Assembly: GCF_030684315.1 (NCBI RefSeq) | Contig: NC_081371.1 | Coordinates: 12,469,441 to 12,533,440 of the forward strand | Source of the DNA: Stegostoma tigrinum | Lineage: Eukaryota | Length of the DNA: 64,000 bases | Direction: 5' to 3' | Part shown: one piece after another, positions 36,331 to 47,552 of the stretch | Layout of the letters: the number at the start of each line of letters is the position of its first letter | Numbering within the stretch: the stretch's first letter is position 1 | Program-made: the position numbers and the translations under genes | The notes under the pieces: model-generated | Seen by the model: only the letters and a program-made list of their open reading frames with translations | The model's database searches: none | Told to the model about the DNA's origin: nothing

Positions 36331-36433
36331 ATGGCGTCGCCCCTGGAGCGGGAGGCGGCCGAGTACCTGACGGAACATCAGATCCTGGAGCTGCTCGATA
36401 ACCTGGTCAGCATGTTGCTGTACGAGCGGCCAG
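36331..36433 (+). CDS. EFCAB10: EF-hand calcium-binding domain protein 10, exon 1 (MASPLEREAAEYLTEHQILELLDNLVSMLLYERP)
   Basis: GACATGG Kozak context in CpG-rich sequence. RIIa/Dpy-30-like docking motif (YL..H.I.EL...L..MLL..RP). Donor CAG|GTGGGT, phase 1. Confidence 0.93.
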
Positions 36434-36712
36434 GTGGGTGACTACGGAGGGAACCGAGGGCGCCGCGCCCCGGGCTTGGCGGCCCGCAGCGACCCAGCGG
36501 AGGCTCCGAGGCCGGGAGCCCTGTTCCTGACAGCCCCTGCCCTCACCCGCCCCCATTAAACCACCTACCCCATTCCTCAACCCCTTTCCCTTACCGCCCC
36601 ATCCCCACAATCACCTTCATTCCCCTCTCCCCATCACCCATGGCACTTCCCTCATCTCCATGTTCCCCCATTTCTCCCCGTTTTGCCCTATTCTTCCACC
36701 AATTCCCACCAC

Positions 36713-36812
36713 TCCCCCTCCCCATATACCCACCATCCCCCCTCCCCCATATACTCACCACCCCCCTCCCCCATACACCCACCACCCCCCTCCCCCATAC
36801 ACCCACCACCCG
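36713..36812. repeat. 24-bp tandem repeat (~4 copies) in EFCAB10 intron 1
   Basis: CCCCCTCCCCCATAYACCCACCAC repeated. Confidence 0.85.
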
Positions 36813-37751
36813 CCACATTCTCTACATTCCCACTATTCCCCCTTCCGTATCTCCACCGTTACCCTCTACTCCAACATTGCCAATCCTGACAGTCCACCCC
36901 ATCTGCCTCTCCCCCAATCCCATCCCGTTCCCCCATCCACCCTTTCCCTGTCCTTCTCATCCCTACATTCCCAAACTCTTCCCCTTTTTCCCGTTAAACT
37001 CTTCCCCTCAGCCCCAAGCTCAACCCTCTTGGCACCATCTAACCACTGACTTTATATTAGTTTAATGGCACCTTATCATATTTTATTTCACACAGAAGTA
37101 TTTACCAATTTATCACCAGCTTGGCAGGTTTGGATGGGTGATTGACACGTTTGTGTTGTATATTCCATATAGTTCTTTGTTACTATGTTAGAGTGAGCAT
37201 AATAAAGTGAGGATGGATAAATGTGTCAGAACATCCTACATATCTGCCCACATTGGAGAACAACTGGGGCAATTTATGTTCATTTCATGGAATAAAATCT
37301 TCAATTTATAAAGTTTGTATCATTCAAAAGATTCAAAATTGAATCTGAAACAAAATAATGTGCAGGGTTAAAGGCAGAACGCAAGGAAATAACAGTGAAT
37401 TACTCCCAGCCATAGAGCAAGACTGGATAAAATGGGCTGAGTGGCAGCCTCCTGCCTGGTAACAATGCTGTGTGATATCTTTCTTAAATAAACATTTTCT
37501 TAAAAATCAAGCAAAACTGCTCCTTCTTTTATAAAGCCACAGCTCATCAAGTCCAAAACCATAACAAACGTAACGTACAAAGTGGTAATTCTGCTGTTTT
37601 ATCTTGTATATTCTGTGGTTCCAAAATATCACAGTTGTATTGCCAGACGCTGGGTACTGTTTGTCCATTGCAGCCTTAGCTCGTAAGAAAGTAAAAGAGA
37701 TGGAAGCCACCAACTGATCATTCTCCACAGCCTATTTCCAACCAGGTACTA

Positions 37752-37978
37752 AATAAAAACTGAAAGAACTGCGGATGCTGTAAATCAGGAACAAAAACAA
37801 AGTTGCTGGAGAAACTCAGCAGTTCTGGCAGCATTTGTAAAGGAAAAAACAGAGTTAACGTTTCGGTCTGGTGACCTTTCCAGCGATTGGAAGGGTCACC
37901 GGACCTGAAATGTTAACTCTGTTTTTTCCCTCACAGATGCTGCCAGACCTGCCGAGCTTCTCCAGCAACTTTATTTTG
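37752..37978. mobile_element. fold-back PLE terminal-repeat pair in EFCAB10 intron 1
   Basis: Inverted arms around 37885. 16-bp TSD with one mismatch, TTCCA(A/G)CCAGGTACTA, at 37736-37751 and 37979-37994. Confidence 0.85.
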
Positions 37979-38382
37979 TTCCAGCCAGGTACTAGTCATC
38001 CGGCCAAACCTAGGTTCATATCGACAAGGAGACTCTCTAGTTTGCACACTCGGCGACCAAAGATCAGGAACACAGGACAGAAGTTCAGGAAGTCCAAATT
38101 CTCATAGTGAACAAAAGTATAAAATATTGAGAGATTATAGTCAGATGGTATACAGACCTACTTATTTTCGATGTGTGAGATAAATGTGAACAGAATGTAG
38201 TGATATGTTGAACAGAAAATTAGAATTGTTTTGCCACCTCCATTCATGCTGCTGTTTTCATAGGCAGTTGTTGACCTATTTATTACCAAGTGTAGAAATT
38301 TGTTCTTTTGTCTTTGTTTACAAAATGAATAACATAACTAACTGAACTACAGTAACAACTGTTCGATTAAAAATATTTGCAG

Positions 38383-38547
38383 CTAAGCCAGTGGAGTTTT
38401 TAGTACAGCAACTGGAAAAACTGAAGAGTGCCAGACAGACTAAGAAGGACTATCCTTCCTTGTTTGATGAGTCAAATGTAGATGCTGTGTTTGGAATTTT
38501 GGATCCTACAAAGCAAGGACATATTACTTTGAGGCAGTATAGAGAAG
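38383..38547 (+). CDS. EFCAB10: EFCAB10 exon 2 (AKPVEFLVQQLEKLK...FGILDPTKQGHITLRQYRE)
   Basis: TTTGCAG acceptor, 165 nt, phase 1-1, AAG|GTAAGA donor. EF-hand loop DPTKQGHITLRQY. Confidence 0.93.
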
Positions 38548-38647
38548 GTAAGATTCTCATGTCTATTTGTAAAGGATTTTCTGCTGTTGAGTATGGAGTA
38601 TTGTGAAATGAGGCTCAGTTCTAATTCCTTGCATGGACTCATTTCAG

Positions 38648-38738
38648 CTTTGAAAACTCTCGGAATAAAGGATTTTGAAATGAACCCAACGGGTGCCGAA
38701 AATGATAAAATCACTCTGGCAACATTCAAAAAAGTGGC
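38648..38738 (+). CDS. EFCAB10: EFCAB10 exon 3 (ALKTLGIKDFEMNPTGAENDKITLATFKKVA)
   Basis: ATTTCAG acceptor, GC|GTAAGT donor, 91 nt, phase 1-2. ALKTLG and KITL..FK match EFCAB10. Confidence 0.9.
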
Positions 38739-40789
38739 GTAAGTACTGAATCCATTCTCTTGGCATTGTCCTAGTAACTTCCAAATTATCCAGCAGAGAA
38801 CAAATATTCTGATGGCTTTTGTGCCATCCAAGAATTCAACAGTGAACAATTCTGATAGTGATTGGCCAATTCTAGTACATTCCCACTGGGGAATTATAAA
38901 CTTTAATCTCCAAAACGTGCAGATTCTTGGCGCTGTCAGTTTTTGATTTTTGGACACATATATTTCTATTTCTGGAAATATGATTTGTTTTTGGAGGAAC
39001 CTAGGTAAGATTCAGGCTCGCAGCATAGACTTTCAATGGTTTTAAAGAGAAGAGAAAACAATCTAAATTAATCTGATGAAGTGTCACAAAGATTAGTTTT
39101 AAGAAATCTGAAAATTTCTGAAAAAATTGAACTTACAGAAAGCTGTGTGTTGATTGTAAAAACAAAATGTGGTTGGCACAGTAGGTTTTTATTTTTAGCA
39201 AACACAGAAATGTGGTAAGTTAGAGAAGGCAGTGAGACCTAACATGTTAATAGAGGAGGATGTTTCGTTGATCTGGAAATTTTACAGGTGGGAAATAGTT
39301 CCTCGAGGATTGTCTCCTCTCATCCTGTCCTTTAGACACTGTCTGTTGCTTTTGTGATTCATGTGTAATATTCACAGCCAAGGCTTCTTCATGTGCACCT
39401 TTCATTACTCAGAGGGAGAAGTGCAGCAGGTAGAGTGGGAACACTGTCAGTTCCAACCTCTCCTTCGTGGCTGTTAGGTCAAATTCCTGGAACTCTCTAT
39501 CCAAAACACTACAGGAAGTACCCTCACACTGACAGCAAAAACAGTTCGAGAAGAAGGCTCACCATCACTACCTTGAGAGTGGCTTTGTTGGTCATGCCCT
39601 TGAAAATAAATTGAAAAGAATTCAAGACAGCATGGTTCCAAGGGGGTTGAGAAACATATCAACCATGATCAAATCACAGAGCAGACTTGATAGGGTGAAT
39701 GGTGTAATTCTGCTCCCGTATTTTATGATTGATGGATTTCATCTTCAGTCTATACTGGGTCAATCAATCACAAGCCAGGTAGGCAGCAGGGACAATGCAG
39801 TTGCTTTCCTGCCCCTTCACTACAGAAATTGCCCATGGTTGTCACTAATCATCATTATCATAGATGAGGATGGGTCAGTTTAACTGCATTGTTGTCTTAT
39901 TGTAAGAGCTTTCCATCACTGCTTGGTTTATGTTGACTTAGTTGTCACTTAAGGATACAACCTTCGAACATAACCCAACAAGGAATCAACACTGAACACT
40001 GCAGAGAGAAAATTGATAGAAAAGCAAGAAACCAAATAATAACTTGATGGCACGAGTATTATAAATGGCAACTGTCAAAGTATGATTACAAAACTGCATG
40101 GTATAATTCCATTCTCAATTTCTATTATCACTTTATATCTACTGTAAGTTGCACGCAAGAAAAGTAAGCTATCCTCTCTGGAAATTGTGCATTTGTCTTT
40201 TTTAAATTCTTGGATTCAACTGAATCTTAAATATTTGCATGACTTATCCAAATCCATGGCATAACTTTGAATTATAATTTGCAGTGGTGGCACTACAGTT
40301 GCTTTTCATACTTTCTTAATCTAAAGTAGCATCAGGCCCTTCATTTTAAGTTAACTGTGATTCCCTAGAGGTGACATTAAGAATTGGCCTGAAATTTGAT
40401 GTTATAATGACAATAAAATATTCAACTTACGCTATTATTGCCCTTTGAAGTACTGACATTAACACATAGGAAGTTAAGAGGGAAAACTAGAAGTTGCTGT
40501 ATGTGATTCCATGCTCCTCCACAGGGTGCACTGTTGTAGATTTTGCATATTATTCTCCAATCACGGTATGATTTGATACAATCTCCAGCTTTTTACACAC
40601 AATTCTCACTATAAAGAAAACTTTGAAAAAGTTTAGCTCTGTTGAATGAAGGCTGAATGAGTTTTTTTTAAGCAGAATACTTAGTCAATATTATTGAACA
40701 ATATTATTAAACTACTAAAATATAAGAAATAGGTACTAAGTCATCCTGGAGCAGTGTTTTTAGAGCCATAAGACTGTGCTATTTTTGGG

Positions 40790-41221
40790 TCTGTAGATTG
40801 TGAAGGTGCAAAGATGGCCTTTTGAGGAATGGTGTGCTTTTCCTGTCGGATGTGGGAGATTACGAAGAATTTCAATGTTTCTGATGATTGTCTGTAGGAA
40901 GTGTGTTTTGTTGCAAATCCTGTCAGATCTCATGAATCAGAGCGGCAGCTAGGGGCAATGAGGAATTTACAGGTGCTAGGGAGTGTGATGGATGGCATTT
41001 TGGGGAGGGTAGAAAAACTGCAGATACAGTCACATAGATAGGTTACCTCTAGTGAGAAGGGTAGGCAGGTAGTGCAGGAGTCTCCTGTGGCTATCTCCAT
41101 CTCAAACAAGTGTGCTGTTTTGGAAAATGTAGGGGGTGATGGGCTGTCAAGGGAATATAGCACTGAAAGCCAGGTTTCTGGCACCGAGACTGGCTCTAAT
41201 GTAATGATGGTATGTCAGGTT
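40790..41221 (+). mobile_element. CR1 LINE ORF1 5' fragment
   Basis: ATGGTGTGCTTTTCCTGTCGGATGTGGGAG (C.SC.MWE zinc finger), CRKC and QESPVAISISNK, all typical of shark CR1 ORF1. Confidence 0.65.
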
Positions 41222-41637
41222 CCACATTGGACTTCACAAGCTTCAAAATCTCCCCTCCCCCTACCGCAATCCCAAAACCAGCCCAGGCCATCCCGCCTTC
41301 CTAACCTGTCCTTCCTCCCACCTATCCCCTTTTCCCACCTCAAGCCCCACCCCCATCTCCTACCTATAACCTCATCCCGCCCCCTTGATCTGTCCGTCGT
41401 CCCTGGACTGACCTATCTCCTCCCTACCTCCCCACCTACACTCACCTTTACTGGCTCCATCCCCGCCCCTTTAACTTGTTTGTCTCCTCCCCACTTATGT
41501 TCTCGTCTATCCATCTTCGTTCTGCCTCCCCCTCTCTCCCTATTTATTTCAGAACCCCCTTCCCATCCCGCATTTCTGAGGAAGGGTCTAGGCCCAAAAT
41601 GTCAGCCTTCCTGCTCTTCTGATGCTGCTTGGCCTTC
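41222..41637 (+). mobile_element. Penelope-like element 3' terminal fragment
   Basis: Near-identical to 57845-58245 and to the reverse complement of 22070-22505. Decayed hammerhead at ~41576-41603. Confidence 0.85.
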
Positions 41638-42925
41638 AAATGGAACTAGATTTCATTTCTATGAAAATGAATTTAGGGTTTCTAGTCAGCAGGGATAAGT
41701 TAGACTGAAGGGTTTGATTCTATTCTGTACAGATTTATGACTCTATGACTCTATAACTTCTCTGTCCCACAAAAAATATTCAGAATTCTGGAAGGTTATT
41801 ATCTCCAATTCACATTTTAAAAAATCCATAGGTTTTTAAAGTTTCTTTTTAAGTTTGTTTGATATTTCAACTTCTGCCCTCATCCTATTTATATGTCCCA
41901 AATTTTATTTTCTCATTGTGAACTGATTAAAAATAATGATAATGATCCCATCTGTACTGATCTAGGTTTAATTTACATCACAATACAGGAGATGTAGAGT
42001 CCTTTTTATCTTTCTTGAAATTCAAGCTTCCTTCACTATTTACTTCAAAATCTCACCATTATTTTAAGGAAGTGCTATCAGTTACGTTAGTGTATGAGTA
42101 AATTTCCTTTAGAAAAGGTAGGAAGTCATTCTGTGCTTACTACTGCAACTATTCTCATTATCAATGGGTGCTCCATTTACGAGTTAATAATCACCTCTGT
42201 GTTTTGCACATTCATAGTAATAGTCCACGTGGTGACCTGAAAGCCATCAACTGCATTACTTTGCTTCTGTGATTAGTTATGACTGTATATAAATGCTAAT
42301 AAAATGTATGGGATTATCATAACAATTTATTATTTTTAAGTTTCAGTTTTTTTAAATAAACATCACTGAAAGGGATAACATGACTATATTGAATTATTAT
42401 TTTTGTATGGTAAACATTAGCAAACAACTAAACACCGCACACAAAAATGTATCAGTTGTTTTATTTATTGACTTAATATGGAAATGAGGGTGGTTGATTT
42501 TTAGCTGTCTGTCATTTATCCAGGAATGTTCAGACAGTTGGTAGCAAAGAGGAATTAAACTTGGTAGTCAGGTTAAGAAACTCTTAAACCCTCTCACTTG
42601 GCATGAATTGTTCACCATTTCCTGTTCTCACATAGTCAGTGAGATTCCATAAAACAATGATCATCAACACAAAGAAGTCAAAATGTCATTTCATTTAGCA
42701 CTTAGAGCTGTGAAAAAATAAATGATAATATTTTTTAAATTTTCATCAGTTGTCTTTCCAATAGGACTCCTCAAGATACATGTGGCTTCAGAAAACTTAA
42801 TTTTTGTCGCAAAATTATATATATATACACACAATGTTCTCTTTTGACCTTATATATAATACTACATGCAATGCTGTTTCAAATCTATTGCTATACTTAT
42901 TTCATGTTTTTATTTATATTCTCAG

Positions 42926-42977
42926 GAATGTTGGATTAATGAACGCTTGTGCCACATTCAAAACTACTCAAAGTTAA
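42926..42977 (+). CDS. EFCAB10: EFCAB10 exon 4 (NVGLMNACATFKTTQS*)
   Basis: T-rich tract and CTCAG acceptor in phase 2, matching exon 3. GL...ATF C-terminal motif. The four exons total 411 nt (136 aa). AATAAA at 43113-43118. Confidence 0.85.
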
Positions 42978-44249
42978 GCAGCTTGCTTTTGTCTCCATTG
43001 ACATTTTGTAGATTTACCAATAACTATTTGGATGGCAGCAACTGACGTGCATCTCAACATGCGTAGAGTATAAATGATGTAGCCAGATAATTTTGCTACA
43101 CACGTGTACGTGAATAAATTATATTCACCTTGACAATGAAATTGATATTGTTATTGTTTCCAATGGAGTACAACTACACTGTGACCATTTTATGTGGACT
43201 TGCATTAACCTTGTGTTGTTTTAACCATAGAAGAATTCAGAGAGGAGCCTGCATTATGCCAGAGTAAGGACTGAATTTTATTTAGCTAAATTTTGCTCTG
43301 GAGGTGGCCTCCTTGTCCGATGCAGTAAAGATTGGGAGTATACCTGCCTCCACTTGACCAGTTTGCCATTTAGTAGTTGTTGGATGGTTAATTGGCCAGA
43401 GGTGGGCCTTCTGCCCCCATTGATCATAAAATTTAGGCTAACATCTGGATGCTTGAACACTAGAGAACACTAAGTGGATGATTTGAGTAGATTCAATCCT
43501 GGTTCTAGGTTAACATTGAAAGACATGAATATACAAATGTGAGGGCAGAAAAAAAACTTGTCCATCAAGCCTCCTCCACACTCATGTTCCTTTTAGCTCC
43601 ATAGCTAGGCATTTCCATATGCAGCCATCTAATCTCCTGCAAAAAACACAAAATCCTTGGATCGGTGAAGGTCAGACAACCTCTGGAAAGTTTCTATCAT
43701 GATGTCATCATGTGATCTGAACTGGTCAAATTCATGTTAGTCATGCTTTTGTGGACCGTTAATCCATTTATTTTTTATATTTGATGCAAAGACCATGACA
43801 ATAGAAAATGTATTATCAAACTAAAAACTGTTCTGTTCTCAATTTGAGTACATGAATAGAGAGCTTTCCCTTTGTATGAGGAACTTAAATGACACCATCA
43901 GGCCAGAAGATGAAGGCACCACCTAGTTTCAAAGATGTAGAAGAAAAAACAAAATAAAGCAAAAGTAACTGACATTGCAATCAACTTTTAACACATCAGA
44001 GTGCAGAATTATAGAATTTTACAGGACAAAGGAACTATGTAGCTCATTGTGCCTGTGTCAGATCCCTCAAAGATAGTACCTATTTTGCCATTCTTTTCCT
44101 GTACATTTCTTTTCAAAAGAAAAAAGTCTGGTTCTTGTCTGGTTCTTATCCATTTCTGCAGCATTACAGGTGTTAACAACGTTTTACGTTATTTTCTGCT
44201 TCCAATGCCTTACATCCTCAGTTTCCTGATAGAGAGATATTTAACTCAA

Positions 44250-44475
44250 TAAAAACCGAAATTGCTGGAGAAACTCAACAGGTCTGGCAGCACCTGTACA
44301 GAGAAGACAGAGTTACCATTTTGAGTCGTGTGACCCCTCAGAATAGTTACAGTTGTGAAGATGGGTCACTGCACTCAAAATGTTAGCTCTGTTTTCTTGC
44401 CAGACCTGCTGAGTTTCTCCAGCAATTTCAGTTTTAGTTTGTTTCAGATCTCCAGCGTATGCAATTCTTTATCTT
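44250..44475. mobile_element. fold-back PLE terminal-repeat pair
   Basis: GAAATTGCTGGAGAAACTCAACAGGTCTGGCA and TGCCAGACCTGCTGAGTTTCTCCAGCAATTTC are inverted arms. Confidence 0.8.
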
Positions 44476-44925
44476 TTCATAAGTAGTCGATTCAGTTGGT
44501 TAGGTGGCTGAAGTGTGGCTCAGATTAATGTTCAGTTTGTGTTCCAGCTGAGGTAGATTTTGGAACCTGCCTTCTTGCCCTGTCACTGACAGTGGAAAGC
44601 AATGCAAACGACCACTGACAAAACCACAAAGGAACATGGTTCGCAATAGAGCATCAGCAGACATTGAGTCAAGGTCCTGTCTTCAGGACACAGCAATCAT
44701 GTTATGAAATGGAGTTGCAGATGCAACAGCCAGTGGAAGTTGTTCTTTTCTGCATCTCAAAGATACCTCCGTCTGATCTCCCTTTTTTTTAAGATGTACC
44801 AATGTATCTTTATTCCCCTCACAACCGAAGCCTCATATACAGATACCCTCTGTTTTTGTGCCCTCTCCATGCTAGCACCATTGTGTTGTGTAAAATGGGG
44901 AACTGTTTAATTGTTCTTCTTTAAA

Positions 44926-45280
44926 GGGAGGTGATGGCCTTGTGGTATTATCACTGGACTGTTAATCCAGGGATTCAGATAACATTCTGGGGACCCCAGA
45001 TTTGAATCCGACCACAGCAGATGGCGGAATTTGAATTCAATAAAAATCTGGGACTGAGAGTCTAATGATGGCCGTGAAACCTGATTGTCAGGAAAAACCC
45101 ATGTAGTTCACTCATGATTTCTAGGGAAGGAAATCTGCCATCTTAGCCTCGTCTGGTCTACATTTGACTTCAGACCCATAGCAGTGTGGTAGAATATCAA
45201 CTGCCCTATGTTAGGGATGGGAAATAAAGATAAGCTTAGCCAGTTATACTTATGTCCCAAGAATGAATTATTAAAAAAAA
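44926..45280 (+). mobile_element. tRNA-derived SINE with LINE-derived tail
   Basis: Head GGGAGGTGATGGCCTTGTGGTATTATCACTGGACT, B-box-like TTTGAATCC, and a tail AGGGATGGGAAATAAA...TCCCAAGAATGAATT-poly(A) resembling the 3' end of the LINE at 47553. Confidence 0.75.
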
Positions 45281-47552
45281 CTCCATGTTTTCCATTCCTT
45301 CCCCAAGAAACTAGACACAAAATCCTAACATGAAATTCAGAACATTTGCCTATTGGCACAGCTTGTCACTTGCTTGTCTGGGCTTTAATCCAGCTCTGCG
45401 ATCAGCACTGTGTTGCTGCATAAGCTATGAACACCAAGCTATTCCACATTTCTGCAGGCTAGTGGGCATCATCAAAAAACTAGCCTCATCATGGCTGCTG
45501 TCAGAACTACTCATTATTACAGCTTTTCAGGGCTTCAATGTGGAGTTCGGGGGCATTTATGACTTGCAACCATCTGCCAGGTCACTTTGACAGCAGGGAT
45601 ATACATGCATTTACGCACGATGCTTTTTATTCCTTTCTTAGTCGTCATTCATTTTGCACTGACTGGGAGGCTGCCAGACTCTCTGGCTTGCTTTTTAGAA
45701 CATAGCCTCTCCAGTCTTAAACTTACAGTCTGTCAGCCTCTTGTCATTTGCATTTTGTTTTCAAGTATATGCTCTTCAGCTATTACTTAAAATCTGCCAA
45801 CTTTTCCAGCTTGCATTGCTGTTTAGTGCAGACAGAGAGGCCTGTCATGGTTCATAGCACTGAATAGTCAACAAGGTAGACACCAAAGCCATGTCAATAT
45901 CACACCTGCAGCCTATTCTAGCAACTTACACACAGAAGCAACCAAATGATCGTGTCTGAAAGTCAAAGTTGGTGTTGGGGGTGGGGTGTAGAGGGAGGAA
46001 CTTCACTTACTAGACTGAGGAGTGAATCAATTATGGAGAGCTGAAACACCCAGTCAAGGCGCGGGTCCAATCTCAGACCAGGAGGTTGGCTACAGTCAGT
46101 GAGGAATTTGTCCAACCAGAGTCCCAGGATCCTTGCAGCCCACAGATTGGGTCATTGGTCCAGGGGTGGATTGTGCACATTTGGGCTGTTTTTGTAAGTC
46201 AGTCTAGGGGTGGACCGTAGTCAGCCGTGGGGGTTTGGGTATTAACAGTTAAGGGGGCTCAACAGTGGATAGTCTGTGCAGTCCTGGGGAATGTGAGAAG
46301 CTTTAGTCTGTGCTTACAATTGATTAGGCGGGGTCCCAGAGGGAAGGACAATGGTGAAAAGGGGCAGATAGAAAATGGGTTCTCATAGGAGGGAACAGAA
46401 AGCTGTAGAAGGGGGTGTTTGCACAATTCACGGTACAGCCAACAAAAGCATGGCAGTTGTCAAAGCCATGGGCTCTGGGGTAAATGGGAACATAAATAGT
46501 AAAGAGGCTGAATGGTAATGAGGAAGCTGGCAGGTCATTGAGGACACAAGGACAGTGACACAAAAGGGAACATGACAGGTGGAGAGGTCATCAGAGAATC
46601 CTGCGATTCACTCATGGTAGCTTGAAATTGTAATGTCACTCATCTGACATGCAACTACATTACATTAAAAGATCATTCTTTATGCAGCCATTAACATTAA
46701 AAGCTAATGCCTCAAGCAACCTTGACCACAACATTCATTGTATCATATGTGGTCCCCTGTCATTGTCATATGTGCAAAACTGTTGCCACAAACTTAGAAG
46801 TTTCACCTGGCTTTGCCATTTCTGCATCACTTTGCATACTTGATACCTACAGAACTGCCACATCTTCACACTGAACTGTACATATTCAGAGGCATGATCT
46901 GTGCTGTTCAAAGGTGGCTTTTGTTTTCTGGGAGGGAGTGTTATTACATTACCTGAATTTGACTTCCCATTGTAACATGAGCACTTTAGTCTGCACTACA
47001 AATCTGCTTAAGGTTTCATAACTGAGGCTTGACATTGCCTTCTTGTGAAGGTGAAGCCTCCATGCCACAGTGTGTGATGGTAACACATGTCACTTCACTG
47101 TGTTTGATTATGAGCAAATATGAATACTGTTGCTGATACATCGTTCTGACGTTCCCTACGGATTATTGGTTCACACATCTGAGCCGAAACCGGTGTTTGG
47201 AGAATTCTTTGTGGGTCTGCTGACCGTGAGACGACTGTATTGAAGTGGAAATCATTTACAATGTCATCACCAGGAAACTCCAGCAGCTGCCATATAGCCT
47301 CCAGAGGGAGGTCAAGGAAAATGATGAGTCCACAAATCTACTGGCCTTGCTAATGTTCGTTACAGCTCTTGGAGAACAAGGTGGAAGCAAAGGATGTCAT
47401 GGGCCATCAACACCAATCTCTATTGCTCACTCCGATGTTGTAATCCGAAGGAATGGCTGGCTATTCCATCCTGGTGCCCATCAAGGTTACATCTGCACTG
47501 AATTTTTATGCCAACTTCTCATTCCAAAGATCAACTAGGGACCTGCATGGCA

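Noticed and set aside
36640-37065. Extensin-like Pro/His/Tyr ORFs
   Set aside because: C-rich low-complexity intron 1 sequence with a 24-bp tandem repeat.
38472-38957. 161-aa minus-strand ORF overlapping EFCAB10 exons 2-3
   Set aside because: No recognisable domain. Most simply an antisense shadow of the EFCAB10 exons and short intron.
45011-45028. CTCF-like CCACAGCAGATGGCGG
   Set aside because: Part of a multi-copy SINE body. No independent evidence of function.
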